From Balanoglossus misakiensis (taxonomy: Eukaryota > Animalia > Hemichordata): 64,000 nucleotides of DNA. Shown in pieces: positions 27,001-40,642 of this stretch (the stretch's first letter is position 1; every line of letters starts with the position of its first letter). Both the position numbers and the translations under genes were made by a program. Under the pieces are notes generated by a model, which saw only the letters and a list, made by a program, of their open reading frames with translations, was not told the origin of the DNA and searched no databases. The stretch is taken from assembly GCA_040954595.2 (NCBI GenBank), contig CM082594.2, positions 1,010,247-1,074,246 of the forward strand. The letters are read 5' to 3'.

Positions 27001-27174
27001 GATTCTCTTCGTTTTGTCGGCCATTTGCTTCACTTTTCTGTCATTGTTGCGACGTCAGTCTCTGTTGTTGTTCGAAGGAGGCGAAAGTCCATTCACCATT
27101 AATAGCCGAATTTCCAAGATCGTCCGTTAATTACAATGCGACGTCACGCTATCATGTCCTAAGAAAGACTACAG

Positions 27175-27350
27175 GGCACATTTTTTTTATCTCGTGCGCA
27201 CGACTTACGTGTGCATGTGATATTTTCTCGTGAACATGAGTGCGCTCGCAATTTTCTCGTGCGCACGAGATATGCACGAGATAGCATGTTTCTCGTGCAC
27301 ACGAGAAAACATCTCGCTGGAACAAGATACTATCTCTTGCACAAGAAATA
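27175..27350. repeat. Cluster of short palindromes TCTCGTGCGCACGAGA
   Basis: Perfect 16-bp palindrome at ~27255, with degenerate copies at ~27190, 27226, 27291 and 27333. Confidence 0.7.
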
Positions 27351-27899
27351 GAATAACTGGCAGCCACTATGATGTCTGCCACAGGCAAATTTAAATATTC
27401 CACTCTGGATCTTATTTCAGCCCTTCGGAAAACATGAGCATTTATGAAATCCGGCTCTCAATTTTTCGAGAAGTTCCAGCAGTTGTGGTGTCGCCAAAAA
27501 CGAATGTATGCCATTCCTGGCGGAAAAAAAATATGCAAGAGACGCTTGCAATACACTGCCATCTACCTGACCGCCCTACATGCCTTAATGTAAGGTAGAA
27601 GGTCGGGCGGTAGGAAGAGTTCACCAAAAGAGGGCGCATTTTATCATCCATTGATTTATACTGTGTACGAGCAGAGAAGCCTCAGTGTTCGCGGTTAGAA
27701 CCGTATCGGTAAGACAAAGACAGAAGAGTTGACAGACAACAAACTTATTCAGTTTATATCATATAATTCTTACTGTAAAACGTTCCCAGAATAAAGCCTT
27801 GTGCTCATAAGGACATTGAAGATTGTCGCATACAGACCGACACCCTTTTATCTATTGTAGGTATTGAATGGAACGCTAAATACCTGTGTATTTCTTATT

Positions 27900-28123
27900 C
27901 ATTAAGCAATGATGTAACACAACAAGTTTCGGACAGTGTGAAGAAAGGGCCAAAGCACTCTTGCAAGTTAGTGTGGTGTACTCTTTTCAAACACTGCTGC
28001 AAGCTGTTCAGCACCTGATGCTGCTTGTATCTCCGATGACAAATGGACAGTCTGTGTGCTGTCAAAGTAAATCCATCAATTTTGCGGAGCTGAAAGGGAA
28101 ATGACAGCTTGTCAAACTCAAAT
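27900..28123 (-). pseudogene. Degenerate exon, possibly PAN/apple-like
   Basis: Polypyrimidine acceptor (catttctttccctatttcgtctggcag). Fragments IDGFTLTAHRL, SSIRC..AC and TCKSA lie in different frames. Confidence 0.25.
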
Positions 28124-29841
28124 CTGCCAGACGAAATAGGGAAAGAAATGCATAACAGGTAATCCACCATACTATGAATTTTAGCCATCATCCTATGAAA
28201 TGCGGTGAAACGGAACTGCAATTAATTTTAAATGAATTCTGCTCAAATTGTTTTCTTAGTTCTCAACATTTGATTGGAACCGTTAAATATAATGTACCGT
28301 ATAACATTATCATACAGGTTAGTATGTCAAATATTTTTCCATTTGGCATTTTCTTCTTGAGGTCATTTCAACAGTATGCACACCACAGTTTGTGAGATAT
28401 GGACAGAAACAAACTGGAATCTATGCAATGTTATAATAGTATATTATTGTTAACAAGAAAGCGGCAACTCTCTGCCTGGCAGAGAATAATGATAGTCTTT
28501 TTGAAAAAAAAGGGCGTGCTGAGGATATGGTCAGTCAAAAACATACATGTATAAGGTATGCCTGAACTAATTTTTAACATGGTGTACATAAATATTTATG
28601 CATTGTCACAATGACTGGAGGTCTTTAAATGACCAAGCTGTATGGACACCTCATTCAATGTTACATATATTTGTTATTACATGTTTTATTGAAATTGCCA
28701 GTTGTCTGTTTTAATTCTGGCAGTTCTGCTGTGTCTTTTGTCTTGCCCTGACAGAATGCAGTAATATTTGCAGTACAAGAGGAGTGTCAGTAAATAGTGG
28801 AGCAATATCTTTCTACGAATGTACTCATGCATTGCTCCAAAGTGAAGTACATTCGCAAAACCAGTTTGGGAAATCGGGACTCTTTTCAAGATAATACCAC
28901 ATTTTTGTGGATGTCACATGACATGGAAACACTCTAGAATCACGATTGAGATAAGGTTTCGGTTTGATATACCACTTCCTTGTTATTTCAATCTGTATGT
29001 TTTCTTAACCCCCTCCCTCGAAAAAAGGTAATTGAGGTAATTGTAAAATTACCTGAAAACAAACATGCTACTCTAGCCTCCATTTTATGAGGTTTGTGAT
29101 GTAACATATTTTGAATTTCGTGAATCGATCAAAAGTTTCCGTGCACCAACTATCAAAACTACACCAAAAAATAATTTGGGCAATTCATAAGGAGAATCTA
29201 GTGGGTCAGCGGCTATAGAACTGACGTAAGTGTAAGTATCAGAGGATTGTGGGTACGAGGCTGGGAAGAGCAAAACTCGAACACTCATGAAATCTACACG
29301 TGACGCCAAATTCTTTGTAATATGAACAGTGGAAAACTGCCATGCCATCCCTCTAAGTGCAAACTTCCAAAGATTTCAATCTGGTGATATTTAAAAAAAA
29401 ATATTTTATTCAAATTCATGTGGTGATATTTTAAAAAAAATATTTTATTCAAATTCATGTTATAAATTAAACTTGCATCTATGATATAGAAATGACTCTG
29501 TCTTATATAACGAAAACACAAATAACTTGGTTAGATGACCAAAGATTTCCCATCTCGAAAAGTTTCTACCAAAATGACTAACTCCAAATCTGCTAAGAGA
29601 GCCCTAGCAAATTTAATCACTGCACATTACTCTCGATAAAACGAAATATTGCGCATTCATTTTGTCCTTGAATTGAAATGCATGGCCAGTGTTCATAGAC
29701 TTCACACACACAGGATGTTTAAGGAGCTGAATTGTTATTGACAGCGACCAGGTCGGTAGATTCTATAGGATGAAGAAAAAATGAAAAGACAGTCAGTACA
29801 TAGCTAAATTCTCCTATACAAGGGCGTCTTCAATTGGTACA

Positions 29842-29905
29842 GTGACTGACTGACTGACTGACTGACTGAATGGATGAATGAATGAATGAATGAATGAATG
29901 AATGA
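29842..29905 (+). repeat. (GACT)n(GAAT)n compound microsatellite
   Basis: Read directly from the sequence. Confidence 0.9.
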
Positions 29906-29985
29906 TGAACGGATGAGTCGTAATAATATGCTTCAATCATAGGGGCTTTGAAAATTATAAAAAAAATAAAAAATAATGTACTCAC

Positions 29986-30274
29986 AACCGACATTTATAC
30001 AACATGCAGCTCAAGAAACTCCTCCATGTGTACAATACTTTGCCAATTTAGTGACAACATCAGCTTTCAGAGCACGTGAGCACCGCTTTCGCCAGCCTGT
30101 GGTGCCCGCATATCTTTTTTGTTCAGCAGTAACATGCACGACACATGCAGAGACACAAACGTCCATGTTGCAAATTGTAGATGAAAGCATCAGCTGCGCT
30201 GGTTTTATGGTCAGCATCACTGGCTGTTACATGAAAACTGTTTGTCACATACCTTAACCAACATATACGTGTAT
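29986..30274 (-). pseudogene. Degenerate exon, WSC-like domain
   Basis: Acceptor ctttctttccatacag and donor GTGAGT. Fragments YVG, MDVCVSAC, RYAG..QAGE..C and YC..GG, with stops and frameshifts. Confidence 0.4.
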
Positions 30275-30793
30275 CTGTATGGAAAGAAAGTAGGCTCACC
30301 CCCGGTACAGTATTATTTTTTTTGCATGCACGCAATGGCCTGAATTTGCTAAACTGGGATCATCTGCGCGCATTTCAAAACGTGCTCGTTGCTTAACTTC
30401 GCGTGCTTTACTACTCACAATTATTCCACTTGTGAACGAACACGTCACCCAATTTTACAGTGTAGCCATGTGGAAAACTGGTGACAAGGTAATATTTCAT
30501 TCGAAGATCAACCTACGTTCAGAAAGTTTGCATTGTGGTGAATTCTCACTGCTCTCGCAATGCGGTCTGTGGCTCACTGCCGCAGACCGCATTACACGTA
30601 GAAATAAATTCTGTACGTCACAGTTCGTAGGTCGCATAGGTCATGGAGTTAATCCATTATACATTGCGGCTTACAATTTCTCGTGACCCTCTTATCATGC
30701 AGCTTGTGTGTTACTGACCACTGACGCATGTCAAAACACTCAATATTTTTTTTTAATTTGCAAACTCTTTCATTTTAAAGTCGTGATACTCAC

Positions 30794-30944
30794 TGCAGAT
30801 AGCATTCTTTTCAGTAGGAACTATTTCTGCTGCCATTTCAATATTGTCTGTATTCCATGTAAATATGTTTCCTCCAATTGAACAGTCCCCCGCCACAGCT
30901 GCAACCTCTTCTGCAGTCAGAACTTTTGACCACATGTATGTCAT
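30794..30944 (-). pseudogene. Exon fragment: C-terminal part of a pentraxin/LamG-like domain
   Basis: YMWSKVLTAEEVAAVAGDCSIGGNIFTW resembles the pentraxin motif WD.VL..EEI......C...GN.F.W. Ends at a phase-1 GTGAGT donor. The 5' part is replaced by a repeat. Confidence 0.6.
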
Positions 30945-30959
30945 TTAGTCAAGACAATT

Positions 30960-31275
30960 TGGGAGAACTGTAGTTTAAAGCCTCCAAAGGTGCCACTTTT
31001 TGCATTATTTTCATGATTTTTTTTCCCAACTTAAATTGGTTCATCAAAATAAGCTTACTGATAGGTATACATAAACATCTTATCGATGCCCGATTGTGAC
31101 TGCATGTTGCAATTGGAACATGCTATGTATTAAAACAGTGCCTCACCGATTTAATCAGCCTTCATACAAACAATAGCAGCTAAGCAGCTATCGTGGAATG
31201 CGACGCCAAGTGATGACAAACCAATGCAAATGCAAGTAATATGGCTTAATGGTCACGGGTGAAGATTTTAGGGAA
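30960..31275 (+). repeat. Third, diverged copy of a palindrome-arm segment
   Basis: tgccactttt..cattattttcat..aataagcttactg.taggtatacat matches 37380-37650 and the reverse complement of 16880-17130. Confidence 0.6.
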
Positions 31276-31786
31276 TAGGGAATATACATATGAAGTATTT
31301 TACTCTGGTAAAAAATATGCCAATTTTAGCAGCTATAGGGTTTTTAAAGCGCGGGCGAAGTATGAAAAGATGCAGTAAATATCGATACATTGTATTTTGG
31401 AGGTTTCTCATAACCATGATTGGTTGGCTAATTATGCGGCGTTTTCTAAATAAAAGGAACAATATTAATTTATTGTTGGGGCTCACCTCTGTTAACATCT
31501 TGCCGTCTCTGCTGAGTGTTGGCCTCTTCCAGCGGCACGTGTTTGTCCTTTACGGCATGCTGTAAAATATTTAGAATAGCGCTGCCATTTGATCAAAGGA
31601 TAAGCTGGCTTCGCGTGTTAGGGATGTGTGTCTGACGACTATGCCTCGAAGCAAAAGACACAGCCGACCCTGCCACGCAGATTCATTTGTTGTGTCACAC
31701 ATTTTCGATCCAAGAAGAGAATATCAACCTTGACGTTGCGAAAATGACAAGAAACTTTCACTCATATAGGTTGTGTGATTACTTAC

Positions 31787-31885
31787 CCGCAACTTGTTGG
31801 GAATTGCTGTCACCAGAGGTGCCCACAGCGTGAAAGCCAGAATGACTGCGACGCCTGCATTGGAGTTCGTCATGAATGGAAACAT
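31787..31885 (-). pseudogene. Putative first coding exon encoding a signal peptide
   Basis: (MFPF)MTNSNAGVAVILAFTLWAPLVTAIPNKLR, followed directly by the consensus donor GTAAGT (phase 0). Confidence 0.5.
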
Positions 31886-33339
31886 CGATGAACACGTTCG
31901 GTCTTCGATGAGGCTAGTGTCCACAGAATAGGCATTCTTTTATAACGCAGCTGGGAGGTGGTAAATCCATTGTGATCACCATGCTATTAGTAGCCCAAGC
32001 AGTCAAAATTTGCGAAAAATATATAAATATGGAAAAATATATCAATGGGATCAATAGTTATTAAGCACTTTTTAAAAACAAATGACACCGTAAGATCAAT
32101 TATCTTGTTTTCCGCGACAAGTTTCAACATGGTATGTCAGCGCTACCAGTGAATAATATTATTAGAAACTATGACAGCTGTAACCGTGCGATTAATGATT
32201 TGATCAATTTTAATCATATACTTGTAAATATTTGCGCGGGTGCTAGTTTAATAAACTGTGTTGATATATAGGTGGAAGACTGTTTAGTTTTCCAGTCAAT
32301 TATGTGATGTATTACGCCTGACGCTTAAATGATTTGGTCCAGGGAGAATAACCGTGTTTGGCCGGTCAAGCGAACCCTGGATCTTGCAGGCTCTGCCCAC
32401 TTTCCAATCAACAACCATTGAGCATGCGCAGTTGATACTTCACATTGTAAACAAGATGGCGTCGCTGTATATGCTTCTGGACCGCTGTCGCCCGACTATG
32501 TCGGCAAAGAAGAGACGAATTTAACCAAGCAACGCCATATCGGAAGATAGAATGATCGCGAGATGAAACCGGGATATCCAACGATTTGGCAGCCATGTTG
32601 ATTGAATGGTAAGTCGCCGAAGTAACTATTTGCCATTGATTTGTTTACCAGAAACGGTTTGCCTTTGGAACACATTTGACCTCACCGAAATTGATTTCAG
32701 AGTTTTTTCCCAAGAACTAATGACGTTCGTTTTCACCTTTCTGTCCCGAAGTTGCAAACGTGTTGTCTCTGAGAAAATAAATGTGATTTGTACCCGCGAT
32801 AATCATAGTTCGGATTTCAACCCACAACATCAACGCCAGCCATTCACCAACATGTGCCAGATAATGTTTATCAGTCATATTTTCTCAGTCTGAATTTACA
32901 AAAGACTAATTGTATTGTATGCACATTGCAATTTTAATATGTAACACGTTTGACCTGAGTGGGAGGATGGATTGAAGGGACACAAGCTTTTGTAGCCACT
33001 TAAATTTTGACACTGTTTATATAAATGTTGAGCTGGCATATTTGTTCCCTTATGATGTAGTGTACCTGTTGCATTGAAATGAAGCTGTAATATTAAAGTG
33101 CAATTTAGTCCTTTGGTTTACTGGGAAAATGAGGTCAATAAATGACAGGTTTATTTAGATATATGATATATTTCTCGCAAGCACTTATGCATATGTATGA
33201 GATACTTATTTATTTTTAACTTATGTATTTATTTTTAATTTATTTTGTACGTTCAGGTAATCATATGGATTTGTATGGAATCACATACACATTAATTGAA
33301 GACTATCATATCACAGAAGTCGAGCCTCCACATGTGTAA

Positions 33340-34030
33340 GGTAACCATTTAGGTTTCATGACTAAGTTTGTTTAAGAATTCATAAAGCACGAATTCTACC
33401 TAATGAATGAATTTTCTTAGAATTTCACAACTGTGACAGGGTTTGCAGTTATGCGAAAAAGTGTTATTATTCACATACGAAACTTTTCGTATACATTTTT
33501 CTGATGGCAATGCATTTAACTTTGAACAAATATTGACGTCAGTTAGTAGTGCTATTTTGTCAGTGAAATTGCTTCATCATCATCCCTCCAACCAAAGTTG
33601 AAACTGAGTTGCAAATATTGCACAGCTTGAAATCATAAAATGTTGCAAAATTGAACCAACCGTTCGGTCAACGATTATGTTCTTACAGCTATTATTAGAA
33701 GCAGACAGTCTCAGGGAACAAGATACATGGGCCTGATTTGCAAACTGAGTTGGAACTAACCTTGCCTGCCCAGGGATGCGCCAATTCAGTGAATCTTATC
33801 GTATTAAAAATGAATATGGAGAACTATTCTCTGTGTTGTGATTCAATTGTTAGCCTACATGTATACATATGTACCTTGAGTGATTCCACTTTCTTCACTG
33901 TCCTGTGAATTCAGTTGCCATAACTTGCGCTTCACACAGCGCATACATGTAGGTCTAATCAATTGGGCAACTGGGTCTTACAATATTATCTGATGCCTCT
34001 TACTGGCCGAAGGACCACAAGTTGCATTTT
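33340..34030 (+). pseudogene. hAT remnant copy A3
   Basis: Direct homolog of 15340-16040, e.g. cttcatcatcatccctccaaccaaagttgaaactgag at 33572. Confidence 0.65.
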
Positions 34031-35909
34031 CACATCGCATATAAATAGAAAACCCATTAATTTCTACTGTATGATTTTATTGACGATTCAGTAGTTTCAT
34101 GACTGTTAGTGTTAATTACAATACCTAAATTTCCAAATGAAAGCATGCTGTCAGTTTTCATGTGATTGATATTAATTTTACAATTTCAAAATATGCTTAG
34201 CTCTGAATGATTATCAACATATCAAACTTCATGTTAAATAAACTGTCTTGATATTGTATACATTAAGGCCTACTACCAGTGTCACAATATTGATTTCCTG
34301 CATTTTTGCTCATGCCTTCTGACCAGTCAGTTGCCTCTGTATGTGTGTATGTAGTATGTATGGATGTATGTATGTCTGTCCACATCAAAAACTTGAAAAC
34401 CCCTTCGCGTATCCCCTTGATATTTGGTGTGTAGATGCAGGCCAGCCTGTAAATAGGATTTTGTTCATATTAAGAAGGTTGAAGTATTTTCATGATTGGT
34501 TTTATATGATTACTCCAGAAACATACAATACAGAGTCTGTGTGGTAAGTCTTGATATTGGGTTTTTAGATGCAGGCACGCCTGTTCAAATGAAATATGCT
34601 AATTACCTGGAGCAATGTGAAATTGATCAAAACTCAGAAACTCAACAACTGGTCAGATTGCTTTGAACATTTGTATGCATGTAGCTTATGTCACGCCTGA
34701 TATACTTTCAGCTAATATCGTGAATTGTATCTAGAATTTAGTATGCTATTTCCTATAGGTAATCTTTGTTAGTATTGTTTAAATTGTGGCAAAATTTGTA
34801 ATTTTTGGGAAATATAATTTTGTCATTTTTGGTCAAAAATCATTTTCTCTGAAACTCCATGTCAGGTCAGGTTGCATTTAAATTTTGGTTTGCTTGTTCC
34901 ATGAGGTAACCCAAGTAATGTTGTATATCATTTTGGTGAAATTTGCATATTTGTGGTCTTGAGGCAATTTTTGCAATTTTTATTCTTTGAAACCGCATGT
35001 CAGATTGCTTTCAATTTTGGTAGGCATGTTCCTTGTGGTGATTGAAGTGAGATATTGTTGGATTTGTTGATATCTGAATTTTTGTGGTTGAGGCAGTTTT
35101 TGTCATTGTTGAAGAAATGTTGTTTTCACTGAAAATACTCCGATTCCTGTGAAATTGTATTAGGTTACCTGGTAGGTCATATCTGCTTGGCAATGTCACA
35201 GCGGTGTACACACCTATTTTTGTGTAATCCAAAGTGTCTAATAACCTAGCAAATATTTACTAGTAAATCATGTATGTTCTACTTCTTACAAGGTTGAAGT
35301 ATGTTGATGTCTGGGTTAAATGGGATTCTTCAGAAACATACAATACAGAGTTTGTGGTACAGGTCATGGTCACATTCAGAATTACCTAGTCTATATCCAG
35401 CCGTGTTCTGTCCGCTTTGCTTCCAAAAGTATCGTCTAGTGTCATGCATGCCACTTGCCCAATAATCTGACACCCCTTGCTGGGAAATTTGATGTAACAA
35501 GTGTCCCTTAGTGAAGTTATTAACATAAACTGAACAATGTTGATTTGGCGTAAGATTATAGTGAAGGCAGGGCTTATTACATTGAAAATGCTATCCAGCC
35601 TTAATTACACATTATGAATATCCTTTGTCCAATCATTGGAAAAACAATGTACCATAGACTTGCATAGCACTTTGAAGGTGAATCGCAAGTGGTCACTTTC
35701 ATTACATTACCTCAAGCAGTCTTTTACATGTAGCTATAATAAGACAAACATTCCCGGTGTAATTAACATCACTGTTGTTATTAGTATCTATCTCCGATAA
35801 GTATCAAGTCTGCCTTATGTTATTTTAAGTCAATTGTCAGGTTCATGTACATATTTTACAACTTATCTATCTTGTCAAAAACTTTCGCATGTACCTAATT
35901 CTAGGCTTA

Positions 35910-37080
35910 CCAGTAGGGTTATAGATACAGTGTATTATATTAACATGCATTAATATGAAACTAAATGTTGATGGTTAATTAAAGACCCCCTTGAGCTATG
36001 GTAACCTCATTAAATATGTGCATATCTTATTCTAGTGGATGTGGTAACCTGGACATGGACAACTTCGGGGTCAAAATCTTTTGACAAACTTTTGGGTGAT
36101 CTTGGGTAAACTTTGACCTACATTCCTATATCTTGGCATCCGGCACAGATACATCCTTGACACTTGGCGTGATGGAACTATGTAATGGAATATTATGTCT
36201 TGCCTCATTAATTATGTACATACCTAATGCCAGCCTAACCAATAGGGCTGGAAGTCTGCCTTTTTTTGGACATGATAAATTTGAGATCAACATTTTTCTA
36301 CAGCAGCCAGCCTTCTCTTAAAAAGAATGGACAATATAAAGGCTTTGCTGGTATACTGAACTTTTGACTCCCTCCCTGAGACTGTGTGCCAATGACGGGA
36401 TAGCCTACTCAGCGTTGGGTAGATCCTAAGAAGGCCTCAGCCAGGCATCAGATACAAAAAGCGGAAATCCAAGCTTTAATGGTGGGTTACATCGTTAACT
36501 TCCCTGCAGAGCTGATTTCTCAGACTGTGAGCCAATGACGGGTAAAGCCCCTAGGTAGGGGCCACCTAAGACAGGCCGGTCATGCTTTAGTCACAAAGAA
36601 GGGCAAGTTCAGTCATACCATAACTTTGTCTGCTGTATATGCTTCATAATGATTGCATGGTATTTTGAGAATACATTGTCTTAAGGCAGTGTGACCAGCT
36701 AAAAAGTACTGGCAAACACAGCCAATGTGTAATAAAAAACATCTCATGTGGCTAAATAAAAGACATAAAACACAGCAAAAGCACTGTGACTAGCTGAGAC
36801 ATAATACTCCATTATGCATTTCCATCACTCCAAGTGTCAAGGTTGCATCTGCTCAGGATGCCAAGATATAGTAATGTTGGTCAAGGTTTACCCAAAGTCA
36901 CCCAAAGTTTTGTCAAACAATTTTGACCCCAATGTTGTCCATGTTTAGGTTTCTCCCTCCACTGGATAGCCTACAATTAGATATGCAAATATTTAATGAC
37001 GTTACCATAGATAAATTAACCATGAAATTATAGTTTCATGTTAATTCTTGTTATTACAAAACACTGTATCTATAACGCTT
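35910..37080. repeat. Mirror nested foldback in the right arm (35910-36200 / 36800-37080)
   Basis: Reverse complement of 17385-18590. Confidence 0.85.
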
Positions 37081-38994
37081 CTGGAAGCCATACTTTGTTT
37101 CATGCTACCCAATATGTGAAAGTAGGTAAAAAATCAGCCAAGGTTATTTGAAATTTTGCTGAAAAAAATCCGGTCCCTGACATTTGGTAAAGGGGTCAAG
37201 ACACTTGGCAACAAATTTTTGTCCCAGATTAGAACATATTCATAAAAAACTCAGGGAAAGAAGGAAGTTTTTCACAGCTTTGGTGCTTCAAATAGTAGAG
37301 AGGTTCCCAAGTTATTTCAATGAAACCTTAATGTCAACATTACATCGTTAGACTCGAACTCATCTGGCATAAAGCTGTTAGTTAAAGCCCTAAGGGTTGT
37401 GCCACTTTTTCATTATTTTCATCTAAGATTTGTCAATCTAAATAAGCTTACTGCTAGGTATACATCTACATGAACATCTTGTTGACAGACGATTGTGGCT
37501 GTAATTTAAAGAAGTCAGATATTTAACAGGTAGCACACCTGTTTAATCTGCCTCTATACAAAGGGTACACATCTATAGTGGTATGCATCACCTAGATATG
37601 ATAAACATAAGCACTACAAGTAATATGCCTTTATGGTGGCGATTTTGAAGGATGTGGAGAAGATTTGAAAAACACTCTTGAGGAAAAAGATGTGTTAAAT
37701 CTTTGAAATGTGTTTTATTCTTTGGTTCCCATTTCGTATATGTCTATCTACCACTGGGACCAATGTGAAATTGGTGGAAACTGGTCAAATTGCTTTAGAA
37801 ATTGGTGTGTATTCATTTTGAGACCTCATGGATTTTTTTTCATTTTTTGAAGTATATTTTTAGGGTGATTTTGGTCAAATACTCAAAAACCTCTACTCAC
37901 AGTTCTTTGAAATTTGGTTTGCAGGTTCCTAGGTGTGTTATCACGACATTTTAACAAATCCTATGATGGAAGTGTCAATATAGTTTTTGTGGACAATTTT
38001 TGCCATTTTTGTTTGTTTGATTGCTTGGCAATTTTTTGTTTTGCAGTTTCCAGGGGATTTTTTTACTGTGATATATCATAAATGTTCTGAAAATGAAAAA
38101 ATTGTATTTTGGGGGCATAAAAAAATTCTCAGAAAGTGCATGGTTGATCACTTTAAAAGTTTAGTTGTGAGTTAATGATATGTGCTTCTTTAGAATGATA
38201 ATTGAATCAAATCATAGCTGAATTAGTTTTTTTGTTTATTTTGTTAGATATTTTTTCCTTATACCTCAAAAATTCTTATTATAAAAGGGAAAATACCATT
38301 ACATAGTTGTTTGCAATTAAGGAGGACCCCCTCCCCCACTGAAAATCGTATACACCTTGATCTCTCTATGTCTGTATTCATGTCTGTATGTATGTTTTAC
38401 AAATGTATGCTCCCAATAAGAGTGAAATGATTTTTTTTATCGTAATACTTCTAAAGTGATTATTTCCTATGAGATATGCAGTCTTATTACCTAATCGTTT
38501 CTGAAATTCTACCTCATGCTGTGTATGAAAAGTCTAATATATGTCATTGTCAAGATCCCCAAAACAGGCTGATATAGTATCGCATAACATTTGATAAAAG
38601 TATCCCAAACAGTGTGGCCATGTCTTCATAACACAAAATGTGAGTGATATACTACTTGAATATTTTTGTCATGTTTTCCACTATAATAGTACTGTTTCTG
38701 TAGATATCAGATGTTTTATGTTATTTAAATAATCGTGATAGACAACACATTTTAATGTAAGCCATCATGTGCAAATGTGATAGCCATGGCCGTGTAAGAT
38801 ACACTCCCCAATTTCACGAAATTCACACATGTGCTTTACCATTGTTATGCTATGTGTTGAACTGGCACACTGCAAATTTTGAAACTACGATATTGATCAC
38901 AATCACACGCACACTCACAGCATGCTTTTTTGGAATAGAGGTACTAACACTATCGATTATTATACTTTTGAATCCCCAATAAAGAATATATAGA

Positions 38995-40642
38995 ATTTAA
39001 CAGGATTTATATTTGCACGCAAAGTATAAAATTCCCTTGTGCCGTAGAAATGAAAATCTGCAACTGGTGGTCCTTCTGCCAGTAAGAAGCATCAGAAAAA
39101 TTCTGCATGCTCATCGTCAAGACAATTTTGGTATACAGAAAAAAAACACTAGAATGACAACAGCTACATGTATGTAGGCTAGCAATAGGAACAGAGATAA
39201 CAATTCTCCATATTCATTTTTAAATACGATAAGATTCGCTGAAATTGGCACATCTGTGTGCAGGCAAAGTCAGTTCCAACTCGGCTTGCAAATCGGACCA
39301 ATGTCTCTTGTTCGCTGAGACTGTATGGTTCTAGTAATAGCTGTAAGAACTTGATCATTGACCAAACTCTTGGTTCAATTTTGCAACATTTTATGATTTC
39401 AAGCTGTACATATTTAACTCCGTTTCAACTATGTTTGGAGGGATAATAATGGAGCCATTTCACTGACAAAATAGCGCTTAGGGACCATTCAGTTTTTACG
39501 GTGGGGGAGGCTGGCAAAATCCAGGGGTCACTTAAATTTTGAAATCCAAAAGAGGGAGTCATCTTTTTTTCAAACGTTTAGGGGGAGGTCATATACATGT
39601 ACCCACCGATGCTAACTTTGAGTGGAGTGGCAACAGTAAAATTGGTCCTTTCAAACATTGAGATAATTTGCTTTTGACTTCATTAAAATGCATCTTTGAG
39701 CTACATATTTTACAAAGTTTTCTTATGTGGAAGGGGGACATCCCCTCCCACACCCATCCTCTTATTTCTTCGCCACATATAGTGTACCAGGGCAGAATAC
39801 TTGCCATCCCACCCCCACTGATGTTAACTTTGAGTGGCAAAAGTCAAATTTGTCCTCCCCAACATTAAGTTAATTTGCCTTTGAGTTCATTAAAATGCAT
39901 TAATTGTATTTTACAAAATTGTCCTACGTACACCCACCCCTTCCACTTTTCTTGTTTTACCAATTCTACCAACTATTGTATTGACGTGTCCTTTTAATTT
40001 ATCCATAGACTTCTTTATTGCAACGCTATACTATTATACACTTCAAATTATAAATTTCTTTAAGAAATTTAGAATTGAGGTGTGAGGAGACCCTTTACCT
40101 TTATTGCATACAGTCAGTGTACATAAGATAAGGATGGCGAATGTTTTCGGGGTGGGAGGAGGGTCATCATATTTTGGTCCTGTCAAAGGGGGGGGGGGGT
40201 CATCATTGTTTTGGTCCTGGTTGAAGGGGGTGTCGGCCAGATTTTGAAAACCAATGACACAAACTTTTGCCCCCCCCCCCCCTCCACCAAAACTGAACAG
40301 GCCCTTACTAAAGGACGTCAATGTCTGTTTACAGTCAAATGCATTGCCATCAGAAAAAAAAATGCAAACAATTTCTTATGTTTGTAGTACGCACTTTTTG
40401 TATATCTGTAAACTGTGTCTCAGTTGTGAAATTCTAAGGAAATTTGTTCCTTGGGTAGAATAAAGGATTCTTAAACAAACTTAGTCACGAAAGCTAAATG
40501 GTTACCTCAGAGAAACTGTGTTAAATTTGGTCATCATTGTTTTAAATCACACAAGACATTCCCACAGCTAAGTTACTGCAGCAGTCAGTTTCAACTCAGC
40601 TTGCAAATTGAGATCATGTCTTGTGTTCATCGAGACTGTCTG
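38995..40642 (-). pseudogene. hAT remnant copy A4, split by the MITE at 39481-40304
   Basis: Homologous to A2, e.g. aattcccttgtgcc...tgccagtaagaagcatcag at 39030-39095. Homology resumes at 40305. Confidence 0.6.
39481..40304 (+). mobile_element. Complete 824-bp PIF/Harbinger-like MITE, right arm only
   Basis: TTA|GGGACCATTCAGTTTT...AAAACTGAACAGGCCC|TTA. Empty sites in A1/A2/A3. Confidence 0.85.

Noticed and set aside
26700-27130. GC-richer stretch that looks coding
   Set aside because: The minus-strand frames I read contain stops, the short + ORFs show no recognisable motif, and no splice structure is evident.
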